A stretch of 63,612 bases of DNA, filler included, from 9 parts of 9 records of this genome joined end to end with filler, not necessarily neighbours in it; one strand, 5' to 3'; shown: positions 30,322-41,462, counted from the whole stretch's first letter. The notes: generated by a model not told the origin, from the letters alone. Program-made: numbers and translations.

Positions 30322-30324
30322 GGC

Positions 30325-30552
30325 CTAGTGGTGGTGTGGTTCCGTATTGATCGCGCCACACTTGCCGCACTTCACGATCACGCCATGCGCATCACGATGA
30401 GCCACATCCACCAGAAGCGTCGTCTTGCACCGTCCGCAGCGATAGGTCTCGTCCCCTCCGCCTTCGCGCAGCGGCGTGCCCGCCGTGTGCTCCAGCACTT
30501 CGTGACCGGCGGCCTGTTCGGGAGTGATCAGGATCATATTGAACTGCGGCAT
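30325..30552 (-). CDS. small zinc-ribbon protein (two CxxC)
   Basis: YRCGRC...VKCGKCGAIN; AGAGAGG RBS before ATG 30552. Confidence 0.6.
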   Translation of the reverse strand: MPQFNMILITPEQAAGHEVLEHTAGTPLREGGGDETYRCGRCKTTLLVDVAHRDAHGVIVKCGKCGAINTEPHHH

Positions 30553-30653
30553 GGGTACCTCTCTTTTGGCTCCAGTGAGGCGCAACGGCTTGCCTTGTCA
30601 ACGCTCGACTTTTTTCTTCCGGCAACGCCCGCACTCATGTATCGCTGCGCGCC

Positions 30654-31769
30654 ATGACAGCTCACGCCCTCGCCCACGCAAAACGCATCGTCGTCAAGAC
30701 CGGATCGGCCCTGATCGCCGAGGACGGACACCCCCGGCATGCCTGGCTGGAGAAGCTGGCCTCCGACATTGCCGCATGCCGGGCCCGCGGGCAGGAGGTG
30801 ATCCTGGTTTCTTCCGGCGCCGTGGCGCTTGGCCGGGCGGAACTCGGCTCGGCGGGCACAGCCCGGCTGGACCAGAAGCAGGCCGCTGCTTCGATCGGCC
30901 AGCCGCGCCTGATGGCCGCTCTCGCTGCCGCTTTCGTGCCGCATGGACTGACCGTCGGCCAGGCGCTGCTGACACCGACCGACACAGAGATCCGCCGCCG
31001 CTGGCTGAACGCCCGTGCGACACTGGAAACCCTGTTGGAAGCAGGCGTGGTGCCGGTGATCAACGAGAACGACACGGTCGCGACCGAAGAGATCCGGTAT
31101 GGCGACAATGACCGCCTCGCTGCCCGCGTCGCCCAGATGATGGGAGCAGACCTGCTGGTCCTCCTCTCCGACATTGACGGCCTCTACACCGCTGACCCGC
31201 GCAGCAACCCGGACGCCACCCATATCGACGTGCTGGACGCACTGACGCCCGAGCATGACGCCATGGCGACTGGGGCGAATGCCTCGGCCGGTGTCGGCTC
31301 CGGCGGCATGGTCACCAAGCTCGCGGCGGCGCGCATTGCCCATGCCGCAGGCTGTTCCACTGTCATCACCATCGGCAATCGCGAACACCCGCTGCTGGCC
31401 CTTTCCGAAGGCGCCCGGGCGACGCTGATCCGCGCCAACACAACCCCCGCTCGCGCTCGCGAAGCCTGGCTCGCCGGACACCTGCAGCCGGAAGGCTTCA
31501 TCAAGGTGGACAAGGGCGCCGCCCGCGCCCTGAAAAACGGCGCCAGCCTGCTGGCCGTCGGCGTCACCGGCGTGGACGGTAATTTCGACAAGGGCGCCGC
31601 CGTCGCCATCAAGGGACCGGATGGCAAGATTGTCGCCCGCGGGGTCACCGCCTATTCCGCCGGTGACATCCAGCGTATCGCCGGGCGTCAGAGCGAGGAG
31701 ACCGAGACAATTCTCGGCTATCGCGGCCGCCCCGCCATCGTCCACCGCGACGACATGGTCCGTACGTGA
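30654..31769 (+). CDS. proB: glutamate 5-kinase with PUA domain
   Basis: [44 protein letters not shown]. Confidence 0.96.
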   Translation: MTAHALAHAKRIVVKTGSALIAEDGHPRHAWLEKLASDIAACRARGQEVILVSSGAVALGRAELGSAGTARLDQKQAAASIGQPRLMAALAAAFVPHGLTVGQALLTPTDTEIRRRWLNARATLETLLEAGVVPVINENDTVATEEIRYGDNDRLAARVAQMMGADLLVLLSDIDGLYTADPRSNPDATHIDVLDALTPEHDAMATGANASAGVGSGGMVTKLAAARIAHAAGCSTVITIGNREHPLLALSEGARATLIRANTTPARAREAWLAGHLQPEGFIKVDKGAARALKNGASLLAVGVTGVDGNFDKGAAVAIKGPDGKIVARGVTAYSAGDIQRIAGRQSEETETILGYRGRPAIVHRDDMVRT

Positions 31770-32218
31770 CCGCCGTCCGGATACGGCCCGCGACTGAAAC
31801 CGACATCCCCGCCCTTGTGGCGCTGGAGCAAAGCTTTTCCGAGGACGACCGTTTCTCCGTCCGCACATGGCGGCGCCTGCTGCGCGGCGAGTCCACGGCC
31901 TATGTCGCTGTTTCAGATAGCGAAATCTGCGGCGCGGCGGTCTACCTCTACCGCACAGGGACGAAAGTGGCCCGGCTCTACTCGCTGACCGTCGCGCCAG
32001 ACCACCGCGGGAAGGGCATCGCATCGGCGCTTATGGCCGCCGGGGAAGCCGATGCAGCCCGCCGGGGCTGTGACCGGGCCCGCCTGGAAGTCCGCCAGTC
32101 CAACGCCACTGCAATCCGGCTTTACGAACGCCACGGATTCCGCGTAATGGCGCAAATACCGTCTTATTATCCGGACGGGGAAACAGCAGCCCGGATGGAA
32201 AAGTCCATCCAACCCTGA
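31766..32218 (+). CDS. GNAT acetyltransferase (RimI-like)
   Basis: [38 protein letters not shown]. Confidence 0.85.
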   Translation: MTAVRIRPATETDIPALVALEQSFSEDDRFSVRTWRRLLRGESTAYVAVSDSEICGAAVYLYRTGTKVARLYSLTVAPDHRGKGIASALMAAGEADAARRGCDRARLEVRQSNATAIRLYERHGFRVMAQIPSYYPDGETAARMEKSIQP

Positions 32219-32232
32219 GGCAAAGCAGATTC

Positions 32233-33705
32233 ATGACCGACTGGGTCATTCTCGTTGAAAACGCGAACGATATTTCCCAAGCCGAGACGCCGCACAAAGT
32301 GCTCCGCGTCGCCGACTATATCACCCGGCCGGCCCTGTTCGCCGGACGGCGCCCCTACATCCTGAATCTCTGCCGCTCCTATGGCTACCAGTCGGAAGGC
32401 TACTATGCCTCCCTGTTGGCCGAGGCACGCGGCCACCGCGTCAGTCCGAGTGTGCAGACCATGGTCGAGCTTTCGGCCAAGGGCCTCTACAATCACGCCC
32501 TGCCCGACCTTGGCGAGCGCCTGCGGGAAGCCCGGGCCAAAGGCGCGCCGGAAATCGAGAGCCTGTTCGTTGCTTTCTCAAAGCCCGAATCAGCCGGCTA
32601 TGAACGGCTCGCCCGCGAGGTCTCCGACTGGTTCCGTGTGCCGGCGCTGGAAGTCGAGTTCGATGCGGCTGCCCCGCACGGCATTGGCCGGGTGCGGATG
32701 GTTCCGCCGCAAAAGCTGAAAGGCGACCGGCGCGACTTCTTCCTTCGCGCCATGGAAACCTATACCAGCGGACGGATCAGCGAGCCGAAAACCAAGGCAC
32801 CCGCCAAGTGGGCCCTCGCCGTTCTGGTGGATCCGAACGAGAAGCACACCGCCCCGTCGAAACCAGCCTCTATCAGGCGTCTCGCTGACGTCGCCGCCAA
32901 GATGGGCGTGGAGGTCGAGATCATCGAACCGTCGGACCTGACCAGCCTCGCTGAGTTCGATGCCCTGTTCATCCGCGCGACGACACAGATCAACAACTAT
33001 ACCTACAAGTTCGCCCGCCGGGCGGAGCAGGAAGGCATGCCCGTCATCGACGACACGCATTCCATGATCCGTTGCACGAACAAGGTGTACCTCAAAGAGA
33101 TTCTTGAAAAGGCCGGCCTGCCCATTCCGCAGACGGAAATCCTGGACGAGAAGTCAGACCTGGAAGCCGTGTTCAACAAGCTCGGCTCGCCGGTCGTCCT
33201 GAAAACGCCGGACGGCTCCTTCGGCTCAAACATGGTCAAGGCAAAGACGCTGGAAGAACTCAAGGATGGCGTGAAGGCCATGTTCGAGACGACTGCGCTC
33301 GTCATCGCGCAGGAATTCGTGCCCACCAAGTTCGACTGGCGCATCGGCGTGCTGAACGGCGAGCCCCTCTATGCCTGCCAATACCGGATGGCGCGCGGCC
33401 ACTGGCAGATCGTGAAGCACGGGCCGGGCGGCAAGACGACTGAAGGTGGGTTCAAGACTGTCGCCGTCGAGGATGCCCCGCCGGACATTGTGGACGCCGC
33501 CGTACGCTCCGCTCGCCTGATCGGCGACGGCCTTTATGGCGTGGACCTGAAAGAGACCGACCGGGGCGTCATGATCATCGAGATCAACGACAACCCTTCG
33601 ATCGACCACGATGTCGAAGGCGCCATCCTGAAAGATGAACTGTGGCGCCGCCTGATTTCCTGGTTCTCCACACGCCTCGAACAGCGCATGGGCCGGATCG
33701 CCTAG
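32233..33705 (+). CDS. RimK-family ATP-grasp ligase with N-terminal RLAN domain
   Basis: ILNLCRSYGYQSEGYYASLLAEARGH, DALFIR, CTNKVYL, PDGSF, YGVDLK, IEINDNP. Confidence 0.88.
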   Translation: MTDWVILVENANDISQAETPHKVLRVADYITRPALFAGRRPYILNLCRSYGYQSEGYYASLLAEARGHRVSPSVQTMVELSAKGLYNHALPDLGERLREARAKGAPEIESLFVAFSKPESAGYERLAREVSDWFRVPALEVEFDAAAPHGIGRVRMVPPQKLKGDRRDFFLRAMETYTSGRISEPKTKAPAKWALAVLVDPNEKHTAPSKPASIRRLADVAAKMGVEVEIIEPSDLTSLAEFDALFIRATTQINNYTYKFARRAEQEGMPVIDDTHSMIRCTNKVYLKEILEKAGLPIPQTEILDEKSDLEAVFNKLGSPVVLKTPDGSFGSNMVKAKTLEELKDGVKAMFETTALVIAQEFVPTKFDWRIGVLNGEPLYACQYRMARGHWQIVKHGPGGKTTEGGFKTVAVEDAPPDIVDAAVRSARLIGDGLYGVDLKETDRGVMIIEINDNPSIDHDVEGAILKDELWRRLISWFSTRLEQRMGRIA

Positions 33706-35489
33706 AAACGGCCGCCGCCGCTCACGACCTTCTTGTAGACCTCTTCGGTCATCGGCTCGTAGCGGTCTTCTTCGGCATTGTAGACGTAGAGCGGATCACG
33801 CACCTGGTGCGGATCGAACCCATCCTTGACCAGTTCGAACTTGCGATACTTGAAGGTGCCGGTCGTCTCCGGCTCTTTCTGCACGCGCAGGAAGACGGGG
33901 ATGGCATAACCCGGCAGGCGTTCTGCCAACAGCCGGTGGAGACCAGCTATGTCGAGTTCATCCGACGCCGTGATTGCCGCCATGCCCGCTTTGCCATCGG
34001 CGCCGGGCACGGCAATTCCATAAACATTGGCCGTCTCCACACCCTGGATATGTGAAAAAGCTTCGCCGACTTCGTTCGTGGCGACGTTCTCGCCCTTCCA
34101 GCGGAAGGTGTCGCCGATCCGGTCGACGAAATAGACATAGCCGTCCTTGTCTTTCCGCATCAGGTCGCCCGTGCGGAACCACATGTCGCCCTTCTCGAAG
34201 ACATCGTGCAGCACCTTGCCTTCGGTATCTCGCTTGTCGGTATAGCCTTCGAAACGGGTGCGGTTATCTTCGCCGATCCGGCCCAGCACTTCGCCGACCT
34301 CATCCACGCCTGCGCGCAGGCAGAACCCGTCTTCGCCGCGAACCGGCTGCTCGGTTTCCATGTCAGGCTTCACGAAAGCCACATGGGCAAATGGCTTCTG
34401 CATCCATGGCGGAATGCGGCCACACGCCCCGACCTTGCCGTCAATGTTCAGAAGACTGACATTGCCTTCGGTTGAGCCGTAAAATTCCTTGAAGTCCGAT
34501 ACGCCGAACCGGTCCGCGAAACGTGCCCAGACATCGCCGCGCAGGCCATTGCCGAACCCGCCGCGGATCTGGTGCGCCTTGTCCTCGGCACGCTCTGGCT
34601 GGTTCAGCAGGTAGCGGCAGATCTCGCCGATATAGACGAACAGCGTCGCACCGTTCAGCGCGGCATCGTCCCAGAACCGGCTTGCGGAGAATTTGCGCTC
34701 CAGGATCAGGCTCGCCCCGCACATCAGTGCGGCGCCCACGGCGCAAACACCTCCGGTCGCGTGGTAGAGCGGCAGCGCCTCCAGGATCCGGTCCTTCGGG
34801 GTAATCTCACACGGGCCGATAAAGTTGCGCATCAGCGTGCGGACCCGTGCATGGGTCAGCTTCGCCGCCTTTGGCATGCCGGTCGTGCCGGATGTGTAGA
34901 CGAAGAGACAAGTGTCCTTGCCCTTCAGGCCTGCCCGGCGCAGGCGCGTCGGCCGGTGTGTCGGCATTTCCTTCAGGTCAGCCCGAATGTCGCGAAAGAC
35001 GGGGCTGTTGAACGACCAGACGTCGAGCGGCTGCTCCAGATAAGGCTGCGCAGTGTGAACGGCGGCCTCGAACCCTGTGCCGGTGATCAGTTTCTGCGCG
35101 CCGACAATGTTCAGGCTGTAGGCCAGCGCCTCGCCATCGAGATTGGTGTTCACCAGCGCCGTGATGACGCCCACCTTCGACAGGCCGACCCAGGCCGCGA
35201 CATAGTCCGGCCGGTTCTCCATCAGCAGCGCGACCACATCGCCCTTCTTCAGGCCCCGCTGCAGCGCCCAGTGCGCATAGCGGTTCGCGCGGGCATCGAA
35301 CTCGGCATAGGTCGTCAGGCGGCCTTCAAAGCGGAAAGCGATGCGGATCTCGTGCTCATCCACAGCCCGCTCGAAATCATCCGGCACGAGGAAATCGCTG
35401 TCGGGCGAGATTCCCTTCGTCCATTTCAGGAGACTCAGCGCCCCCGTCAGGAATTTCGCATCACGCTGCAGATTTGACAGGGCCTTCAT
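33702..35489 (-). CDS. long-chain acyl-CoA synthetase (FATP-like)
   Basis: YTSGTTGMPKAA, FYGSTEG, WFRTGDL, DRIGDTFRWKGENVATNEV. Start at ATG 35489. Confidence 0.92.
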   Translation of the reverse strand: MKALSNLQRDAKFLTGALSLLKWTKGISPDSDFLVPDDFERAVDEHEIRIAFRFEGRLTTYAEFDARANRYAHWALQRGLKKGDVVALLMENRPDYVAAWVGLSKVGVITALVNTNLDGEALAYSLNIVGAQKLITGTGFEAAVHTAQPYLEQPLDVWSFNSPVFRDIRADLKEMPTHRPTRLRRAGLKGKDTCLFVYTSGTTGMPKAAKLTHARVRTLMRNFIGPCEITPKDRILEALPLYHATGGVCAVGAALMCGASLILERKFSASRFWDDAALNGATLFVYIGEICRYLLNQPERAEDKAHQIRGGFGNGLRGDVWARFADRFGVSDFKEFYGSTEGNVSLLNIDGKVGACGRIPPWMQKPFAHVAFVKPDMETEQPVRGEDGFCLRAGVDEVGEVLGRIGEDNRTRFEGYTDKRDTEGKVLHDVFEKGDMWFRTGDLMRKDKDGYVYFVDRIGDTFRWKGENVATNEVGEAFSHIQGVETANVYGIAVPGADGKAGMAAITASDELDIAGLHRLLAERLPGYAIPVFLRVQKEPETTGTFKYRKFELVKDGFDPHQVRDPLYVYNAEEDRYEPMTEEVYKKVVSGGGRF

Positions 35490-35676
35490 CGACAACCGCC
35501 TTACGCACCACCAGAATGTCGTTAGCGCACACTGTAGACGAACAGGGTAAATGGGCCGGTTCGGGAATCGTTGAAATTTCATCGATTTGCCCGCACACAG
35601 GCCCATAAACAGGCAGGGATTGCATCTGCGGCAGGGTCCTGTATCTGCTGCAATGCACAATGGGAGGCAAACAAGA

Positions 35677-36549
35677 ATGACTGATCCGGTAGGCGATCTG
35701 CTGGCCCTGCTTGATATCGAGCGGCTCGAAACTGACCTTTTCCGCGGCCAGAGCCCGGATGAAGAGGAAAGCCAGCGCGTTTTCGGCGGCCAGGTCATCG
35801 CGCAAAGCCTCGTGGCCGCCTATCGCACTGTACCGGAAGACCGGCCCTGCCACTCGCTGCACTGCTATTTCATCCGCCCCGGCGACCCGAATGTGCCGAT
35901 CATCTACCAGGTCGACCATTCCCGCGACGGCGGCAGCTTCACCACCCGCCGGGTCGTCGCGATCCAGCATGGCAAGCAGATCTTCAACTTCGCTGCCAGT
36001 TTCCAGGTGGTCGAAGAAGGCTGGCACCACCAGCATGACATGCCTGAGGTGCAAGGCCCGGAAACGCTGGGCGACCGCGTCGAATGGCGCCGCAAGTTCG
36101 CCGAGAAAGTGCCGGAACGCCATCGCGGCCATTTCCTGCGTCCCCGTCCGATCGAGATGCGCGAAATCGATCCGCTGGACCCGCTGAAGCCGGAAAGGGC
36201 CAGCGACCAGCAGAATCTCTGGTTCCGCGTTGCCCGCGAGATCGATGAGGCGCCGTGGCTGCACCACTGCCTGATGGCTTATGCCAGTGACATGGCCCTG
36301 CTCGGCACCGGCAACCGCCCTCATGGTATTTCCTGGATGACCGGTGAGCTGATGTCCGCCAGCCTCGACCATGCCATGTGGTTCCACGCGCCGATCAAGT
36401 TCGACGACTGGCACCTCTATTCCATGGATAGCCCCTATGCCGGCGGTGCGCGCAGCTTCAATCGCGGCTCCATTTACTCCCAGGACGGCCGCCTCGTGGC
36501 CAGCGTCGCCCAGGAAGGCCTGATGCGTCCGGCCCGGAAAAAGCGCTGA
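35677..36549 (+). CDS. tesB: acyl-CoA thioesterase II
   Basis: VFGGQVIAQ, HSLHCYF, RDGGSFTTR, YASD, SLDHAMWFH, QEG. Confidence 0.92.
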   Translation: MTDPVGDLLALLDIERLETDLFRGQSPDEEESQRVFGGQVIAQSLVAAYRTVPEDRPCHSLHCYFIRPGDPNVPIIYQVDHSRDGGSFTTRRVVAIQHGKQIFNFAASFQVVEEGWHHQHDMPEVQGPETLGDRVEWRRKFAEKVPERHRGHFLRPRPIEMREIDPLDPLKPERASDQQNLWFRVAREIDEAPWLHHCLMAYASDMALLGTGNRPHGISWMTGELMSASLDHAMWFHAPIKFDDWHLYSMDSPYAGGARSFNRGSIYSQDGRLVASVAQEGLMRPARKKR

Positions 36550-36610
36550 TCACTGTTCGCAACCGCGAAAAGGACTTGCACCAGCGGGCGCGATCATTAC
36601 ACCGGGACTC

Positions 36611-36647
36611 CGGAGCGTAGCGCAGTCTGGTAGCGCATCTGGTTTGG
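36611..36647 (+). tRNA. tRNA-Pro(TGG), 5' half (cut by the gap)
   Basis: CGGAGCGTAGCGCAGTCTGGTAGCGCATCTGGTTTGG: D-arm and anticodon TGG. Confidence 0.85.
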
Positions 36648-36852
36648 NNNNNNNNNNNNNNNNNNNNNNNNNNNNNNNNNNNNNNNNNNNNTTAATTAAT
36701 TAANNNNNNNNNNNNNNNNNNNNNNNNNNNNNNNNNNNNNNNNNNNNAGATCGACGCGTTATCGGAACCCAAGCCGAGTGGGCTAAAAAAACCAGCGCTC
36801 GTACTTTGCGATAAAATAAAAACCTCGCAGTAAGTACTCACCAAGCAGCACC

Positions 36853-37512
36853 ATGAAACTCAACGCCGATCTTTCCCAACGCGCGGTCGTCAACAGCAAC
36901 AATGTCGACTGGGTCGCCTCTCCAGCCCCCGGAGTATGGCGCAAACCATTGGAACGCGATGGCGATGAAGTGGCGCGTTTAACCTCGATTGTGCGTTACG
37001 ACCCAGGCTGCGCATTTCCTGAACACGAGCATGGCGGCGGCGAAGAATTCTTCGTACTTGAAGGCACCTTCGAAGATGAATTTGGCGCGTACCCAGCGGG
37101 CACATTTGTGAAGAATCCCGTGGGCACCAAGCATTCTCCCAAGTCCACAGAAGGCTGCACAATTCTCGTGAAGCTTCGCCACATGCGGCCAGAGGATCAA
37201 ACACCGGTTGTCATCGATACCCACCAGGCCGAATGGCGGCAGGGCTTGGTACCGGGCTTGAAGGTCATGCCGCTGGACAGCTTCGAGACCCGCCACACCG
37301 CGCTGGTGAGGTGGGCTCCTGAAACCTATTTCAACATGCATCGCCACATGGGCGGCGAAGAAATTTTTGTGCTTGAAGGCGTGTTCTCAGATGAGCATGG
37401 CGACTACCCCGCAGGGACCTGGATACGCAGCCCACATGCCAGCGTACATACACCTTTCAGCAAACCAGGTTGCACCATTCTTGTCCGCACGGGTCATTTG
37501 ATCGACGCATAA
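36853..37512 (+). CDS. ChrR-like double cupin protein
   Basis: Two HxHxGGEExFVLEG..DExGxYPAGT..P..HxP repeats. Confidence 0.88.
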   Translation: MKLNADLSQRAVVNSNNVDWVASPAPGVWRKPLERDGDEVARLTSIVRYDPGCAFPEHEHGGGEEFFVLEGTFEDEFGAYPAGTFVKNPVGTKHSPKSTEGCTILVKLRHMRPEDQTPVVIDTHQAEWRQGLVPGLKVMPLDSFETRHTALVRWAPETYFNMHRHMGGEEIFVLEGVFSDEHGDYPAGTWIRSPHASVHTPFSKPGCTILVRTGHLIDA

Positions 37513-37621
37513 CAAACTGGCACTGATTGTGTCAGTTTGGTGACTTGTCTCTTAGTAGGTTTCACCTCATCTTAAGCACCGGCAGCTTGGTAACAGTACC
37601 AAACCCAATTGGACTGTCGCC

Positions 37622-40051
37622 ATGTTGTACACCACCCGAATCCTTTTTCCTGTATTTGTTGTTTCAATGTTGGCAGCATGTGGCGGCAATGACAGCGCCA
37701 CGCCTCCGACTCGGGTAGAGGGTCAGGAAAATCCCCCCACGCTAAGCGCCGGAAGCGATCAGCAAGCCTCAGAGCAAAGCACCATCGAGTTGCGAGCCAC
37801 GGTGCAAAACACGGACCAGAATTCTGTGGTGGCCTATGCCTGGTTTCCGGCGAGTGAAGAAACCGTGTTCTTTGGCGAAGCAGGCAGGTCAGACGAATCA
37901 GTCCTGAACTTGCAGTTACCCCAAGTCAACAACGACACCCCCGTCGAGTTCATCGTGCAAGCGCAGCTCTCCAACGGCAATGTGCTTGAGGACCGTGTTC
38001 AAATCACCATCCAGAACACATTCGACAACGCATTGCCAGTGGTCACCACCACCGCGTCGCCGATTGGACTTGATAACAGGTTGACCGCAAGTGCCTGCGA
38101 GTCCTCAGATTCTGACGGTACTATCCAGTCCTACCAATGGCGTAATGAAACCCTGAATATTCAGTACGAAGAAACAAGCTGCAACTTGAATGTGCAGCTT
38201 CCCAATTCACCTGAATCGCAAACCTACACCCTGCGCGCCATTGCAATCGACAACGAGGCAGGCTTGGGCTTCGAGCTGTTCGAGGTCACCACTCCCCAGC
38301 GTCCGGCCAACACCGCACCGGTTATTCAAAACGCCGACGCATTGCCAGAACCCGTAAGGCCTGGTGAAACCTTGAACTTGCAAGTCAACGCCACGGATGC
38401 CGATGGCGACGCACTGTTCTACCGCTGGACACAAACCGCGGGTAGCGCACTACAAATCAGCAATGCTGACAAACCCATGGCCCAGGTGCAAATTCCTGCC
38501 GACCTGGCCAATCAAACCTTGACCTTTCGCATTGAAGTGTCGGATCGAGCCAATTTCCAAACCTCGGTGAACCAGCGCAGTGTCGATGCCAGCGTGCGCA
38601 GCAACACCAACACCAATGCAGGCCTTCTGGAATGCCTGCAAGACCCCACGCGTGTGGGCTGCCCCTTGGCAGGTTTGCTGTCGGCACCACCAATTGGTGC
38701 TCAACAACCCAACAGTGCGCAGTTTTCAGCTGGGCAGTGCACCCCCTTCTATGGCGGTGGTGTGAATGGGCAAGGCTATACACACTTGTTGGGTGCCATG
38801 CACGAGCACACCGCTTACTCGGACGGGCAAGCCAACACCGATCCGCTTCAGGTGTACCAGCAAACCCGTGAGCGGGGCATGGATTTTGTGATGTCGTCTG
38901 ATCACTCCGACAATCTGGCCATTCCTCTGGCCTTGCCCGACACCGACAATTGCACAGACAACCCGCTGTCATGCCTGATCTCCGACCCGGACAACCTGCC
39001 CAACAGCCTGACCAAGTGGCGGAGTACGCTGAACCAGGCCAATCAGGTGACGGGTGAATCGCCTGGCCTGTTCACCGCCATGAGGGGTTTTGAGTGGACC
39101 TCCGACCGCTTCGGGCACGCCAATGTGTACCTGAGCAAACACAATATCAACGCCAAACTGGGGCCAGGTTATCTGGTATCCATGGACTTGTTCTGGCAGT
39201 GGTTTGTGCTGTCGCCTCAACTGGGCGGCGGCGGTGATGGCCTCCTGGTGTTTAACCACCCTGGCCGCGAAGATGCCTTGCACAGTGCCTTGCTGCAAAT
39301 CGGTGAGGGTGTTGGCCAGGCCACACGCATGGCGGGCGCCTTGAATGCCCTGAATGTATTTCAACAGGGCGACCCTGCATACGCTTTCAATGACTTCAGG
39401 TATGTGGCACCGGCCGACTACCGCGTGGTGGGCATTGAGGTGTTTGGCAAGGGCGATGAATACGACACCGATGGCAAGTTTGGTTCCTGGTATGGCCACG
39501 CACTGGACAAGGGATGGTATTTGGGGCCAGCCGGTTCGGAAGACCACCATGAAACCAACTGGGGCGGTGGCAATTTGCCAAAAACAGTCGTGATTGCTCG
39601 CGCCAACAACCAGGCCGACATTCGGGAAGCATTTCTTGCGCGCCGTTTTTACACCGTGGCACAAAATGAAAATGCCTTGCGTATGAACTTTGAAGCTGTG
39701 CATGCCTCCACGCGAGGTCAGCAACGCCTGCCCATGGGCTCGCGCATAGGCACTCAAGCCGACACAGTTCAATTCGAAGTCAGTATTCGAAGTACACAAG
39801 CCATGGATCCCTTGCAGGACATGTCGTTTGAACTGTTTAGCTCGCAGTCAGGTCCGAGCACCAACGAGGCGCAGCGCTACTTGCCCTTGCAAAACCAGAC
39901 CGGGAAAAACGGCCGCTTCACTGTAAGCCCCGCGGAGGGAAAGAATTGGTATTTCGTGCGCGTAAAACGGGGCGATCGAATTGTGGCGATGAGTGCACCG
40001 ATCTGGATATTCAAAGGCAGTGAGCCACTGCCGGAATGCGCGGCGCTTTAA
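37622..40051 (+). CDS. lipoprotein with PKD/Ig-like domains and a PHP-type (CehA/McbA-like) metallohydrolase domain
   Basis: Lipobox LAAC, WTQTAG PKD-like strands, MHEHTAYSDG, SSDH, GFEWT, FNHPG, GSEDHH. Confidence 0.78.
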   Translation: MLYTTRILFPVFVVSMLAACGGNDSATPPTRVEGQENPPTLSAGSDQQASEQSTIELRATVQNTDQNSVVAYAWFPASEETVFFGEAGRSDESVLNLQLPQVNNDTPVEFIVQAQLSNGNVLEDRVQITIQNTFDNALPVVTTTASPIGLDNRLTASACESSDSDGTIQSYQWRNETLNIQYEETSCNLNVQLPNSPESQTYTLRAIAIDNEAGLGFELFEVTTPQRPANTAPVIQNADALPEPVRPGETLNLQVNATDADGDALFYRWTQTAGSALQISNADKPMAQVQIPADLANQTLTFRIEVSDRANFQTSVNQRSVDASVRSNTNTNAGLLECLQDPTRVGCPLAGLLSAPPIGAQQPNSAQFSAGQCTPFYGGGVNGQGYTHLLGAMHEHTAYSDGQANTDPLQVYQQTRERGMDFVMSSDHSDNLAIPLALPDTDNCTDNPLSCLISDPDNLPNSLTKWRSTLNQANQVTGESPGLFTAMRGFEWTSDRFGHANVYLSKHNINAKLGPGYLVSMDLFWQWFVLSPQLGGGGDGLLVFNHPGREDALHSALLQIGEGVGQATRMAGALNALNVFQQGDPAYAFNDFRYVAPADYRVVGIEVFGKGDEYDTDGKFGSWYGHALDKGWYLGPAGSEDHHETNWGGGNLPKTVVIARANNQADIREAFLARRFYTVAQNENALRMNFEAVHASTRGQQRLPMGSRIGTQADTVQFEVSIRSTQAMDPLQDMSFELFSSQSGPSTNEAQRYLPLQNQTGKNGRFTVSPAEGKNWYFVRVKRGDRIVAMSAPIWIFKGSEPLPECAAL

Positions 40052-40707
40052 AACTCCTCAGCCCATTTCCTGAATTGATTCAGCGAGCCTTTGAACAAAT
40101 GGTCGATGTCTGCCAAATGTTCATCGACAAACTCACGCACCATTGAACCGGTGCTGGCTGGCTCCACCCGCAGGTGGGCCTCACACTGGCCGTCGGCATT
40201 GCTCACCCGCATGTTCAGTTTGTGGGCGATACGCAGCATGGCTTCATTGTCCATCAGGGTGTAAATGAACAGCATTTCAATGCCTTCATTGCGCGCCCTG
40301 CGCAACGCCCTTTGAAACAGCAGCGTACCCAGGCCATGCCCCCGCATATTGGCGTCCAGTGACAGTCCCAATTCCGCACCCTTGGGGGCTGTGCTGTCTT
40401 TGGGCTGGTTTAGTTCAGCCAAATGCACCACACCCAGCAATACATCGTCACGCCCGAAAATGCCAAACACCGAGTCGCGTTCAAAGTCGATGCTGGCGGT
40501 GTATTTCGCAATTGCGGCATCTCCCAGCGCATAACTAAAGCGCAAACGGCGATCCGTTTCATTCAGGGCCAGCAAGTGTGCAAGAATTAAAGGGCGGTGT
40601 GAGTCATCCAGTTCCACAATCGGAACTTTGGACAGACCCAAAATGGACGCGGCCCTGCGCCCCAAGACGCTGGGAATATCAAACCATTCAATGGGCTCTG
40701 ACGACAT
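40048..40707 (-). CDS. GNAT acetyltransferase
   Basis: DRRLRF, AELGLS, RGHGLG, ENxAM-like DNEAMLRIA. Start at ATG 40707. Confidence 0.82.
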   Translation of the reverse strand: MSSEPIEWFDIPSVLGRRAASILGLSKVPIVELDDSHRPLILAHLLALNETDRRLRFSYALGDAAIAKYTASIDFERDSVFGIFGRDDVLLGVVHLAELNQPKDSTAPKGAELGLSLDANMRGHGLGTLLFQRALRRARNEGIEMLFIYTLMDNEAMLRIAHKLNMRVSNADGQCEAHLRVEPASTGSMVREFVDEHLADIDHLFKGSLNQFRKWAEEF

Positions 40708-40754
40708 GATGAACTCGACTGCAAAAAATTGTGAAAAATCGGAAATATGCTTAC

Positions 40755-41462
40755 ATGATCCACCAACAAGAAAGCAAGCCGCAACCCAACACCCCGCAAG
40801 TTGGAGTACCACTTCAAATTCGTGAATTGGGTTTGGTGGACTATTTGCCCACCTGGGAAGCCATGCGAAATTTCACAGATGCCCGCTCCGAACAGCTCAA
40901 CGGGCCAGTGAGCGACGAGATCTGGATTTGTGAACACCCCCCCGTGTTCACTTTGGGCCTTGCTGGTGACCCGGTACATATGTTGCAGCGCAGCAACATA
41001 CCGTTGGTGAAAACCGACCGTGGGGGTCAAATCACCTACCATGGCCCGGGCCAGATTGTGGTTTATCCACTTCTGGACCTTCGCCGCTTTGGTTTGAAGG
41101 TGCGAGAGTACGTTCAGTTGCTTGAGCAAAGCATTATCGACGCCTTGGTGCAGGTGGGTGTGGCAGATGCCCAACGCAAGCCCAACGCCCCCGGCGTGTA
41201 CACCATGCGCCATGGCAGCCTTGCCAAAATTGCCGCCTTGGGCATCAAGATCCGCAAGGGGTGCAGTTATCACGGCCTGTCACTGAATGTGGCCATGGAT
41301 TTAAACCCTTTCTTGCAAATCAACCCCTGTGGTTATGAAGGGCTGGAAACTGTGGACTTGGCCACGATTGGTGTTAAAATTTCACAAGCTGAGATGCAAA
41401 TGCATCTGATGAAATACCTGATTCAACACCTTGAAGCCGCGCGATCCGCGGTGGCAAAGTAA
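40755..41462 (+). CDS. lipB: octanoyltransferase
   Basis: [39 protein letters not shown]. Confidence 0.95.
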   Translation: MIHQQESKPQPNTPQVGVPLQIRELGLVDYLPTWEAMRNFTDARSEQLNGPVSDEIWICEHPPVFTLGLAGDPVHMLQRSNIPLVKTDRGGQITYHGPGQIVVYPLLDLRRFGLKVREYVQLLEQSIIDALVQVGVADAQRKPNAPGVYTMRHGSLAKIAALGIKIRKGCSYHGLSLNVAMDLNPFLQINPCGYEGLETVDLATIGVKISQAEMQMHLMKYLIQHLEAARSAVAK

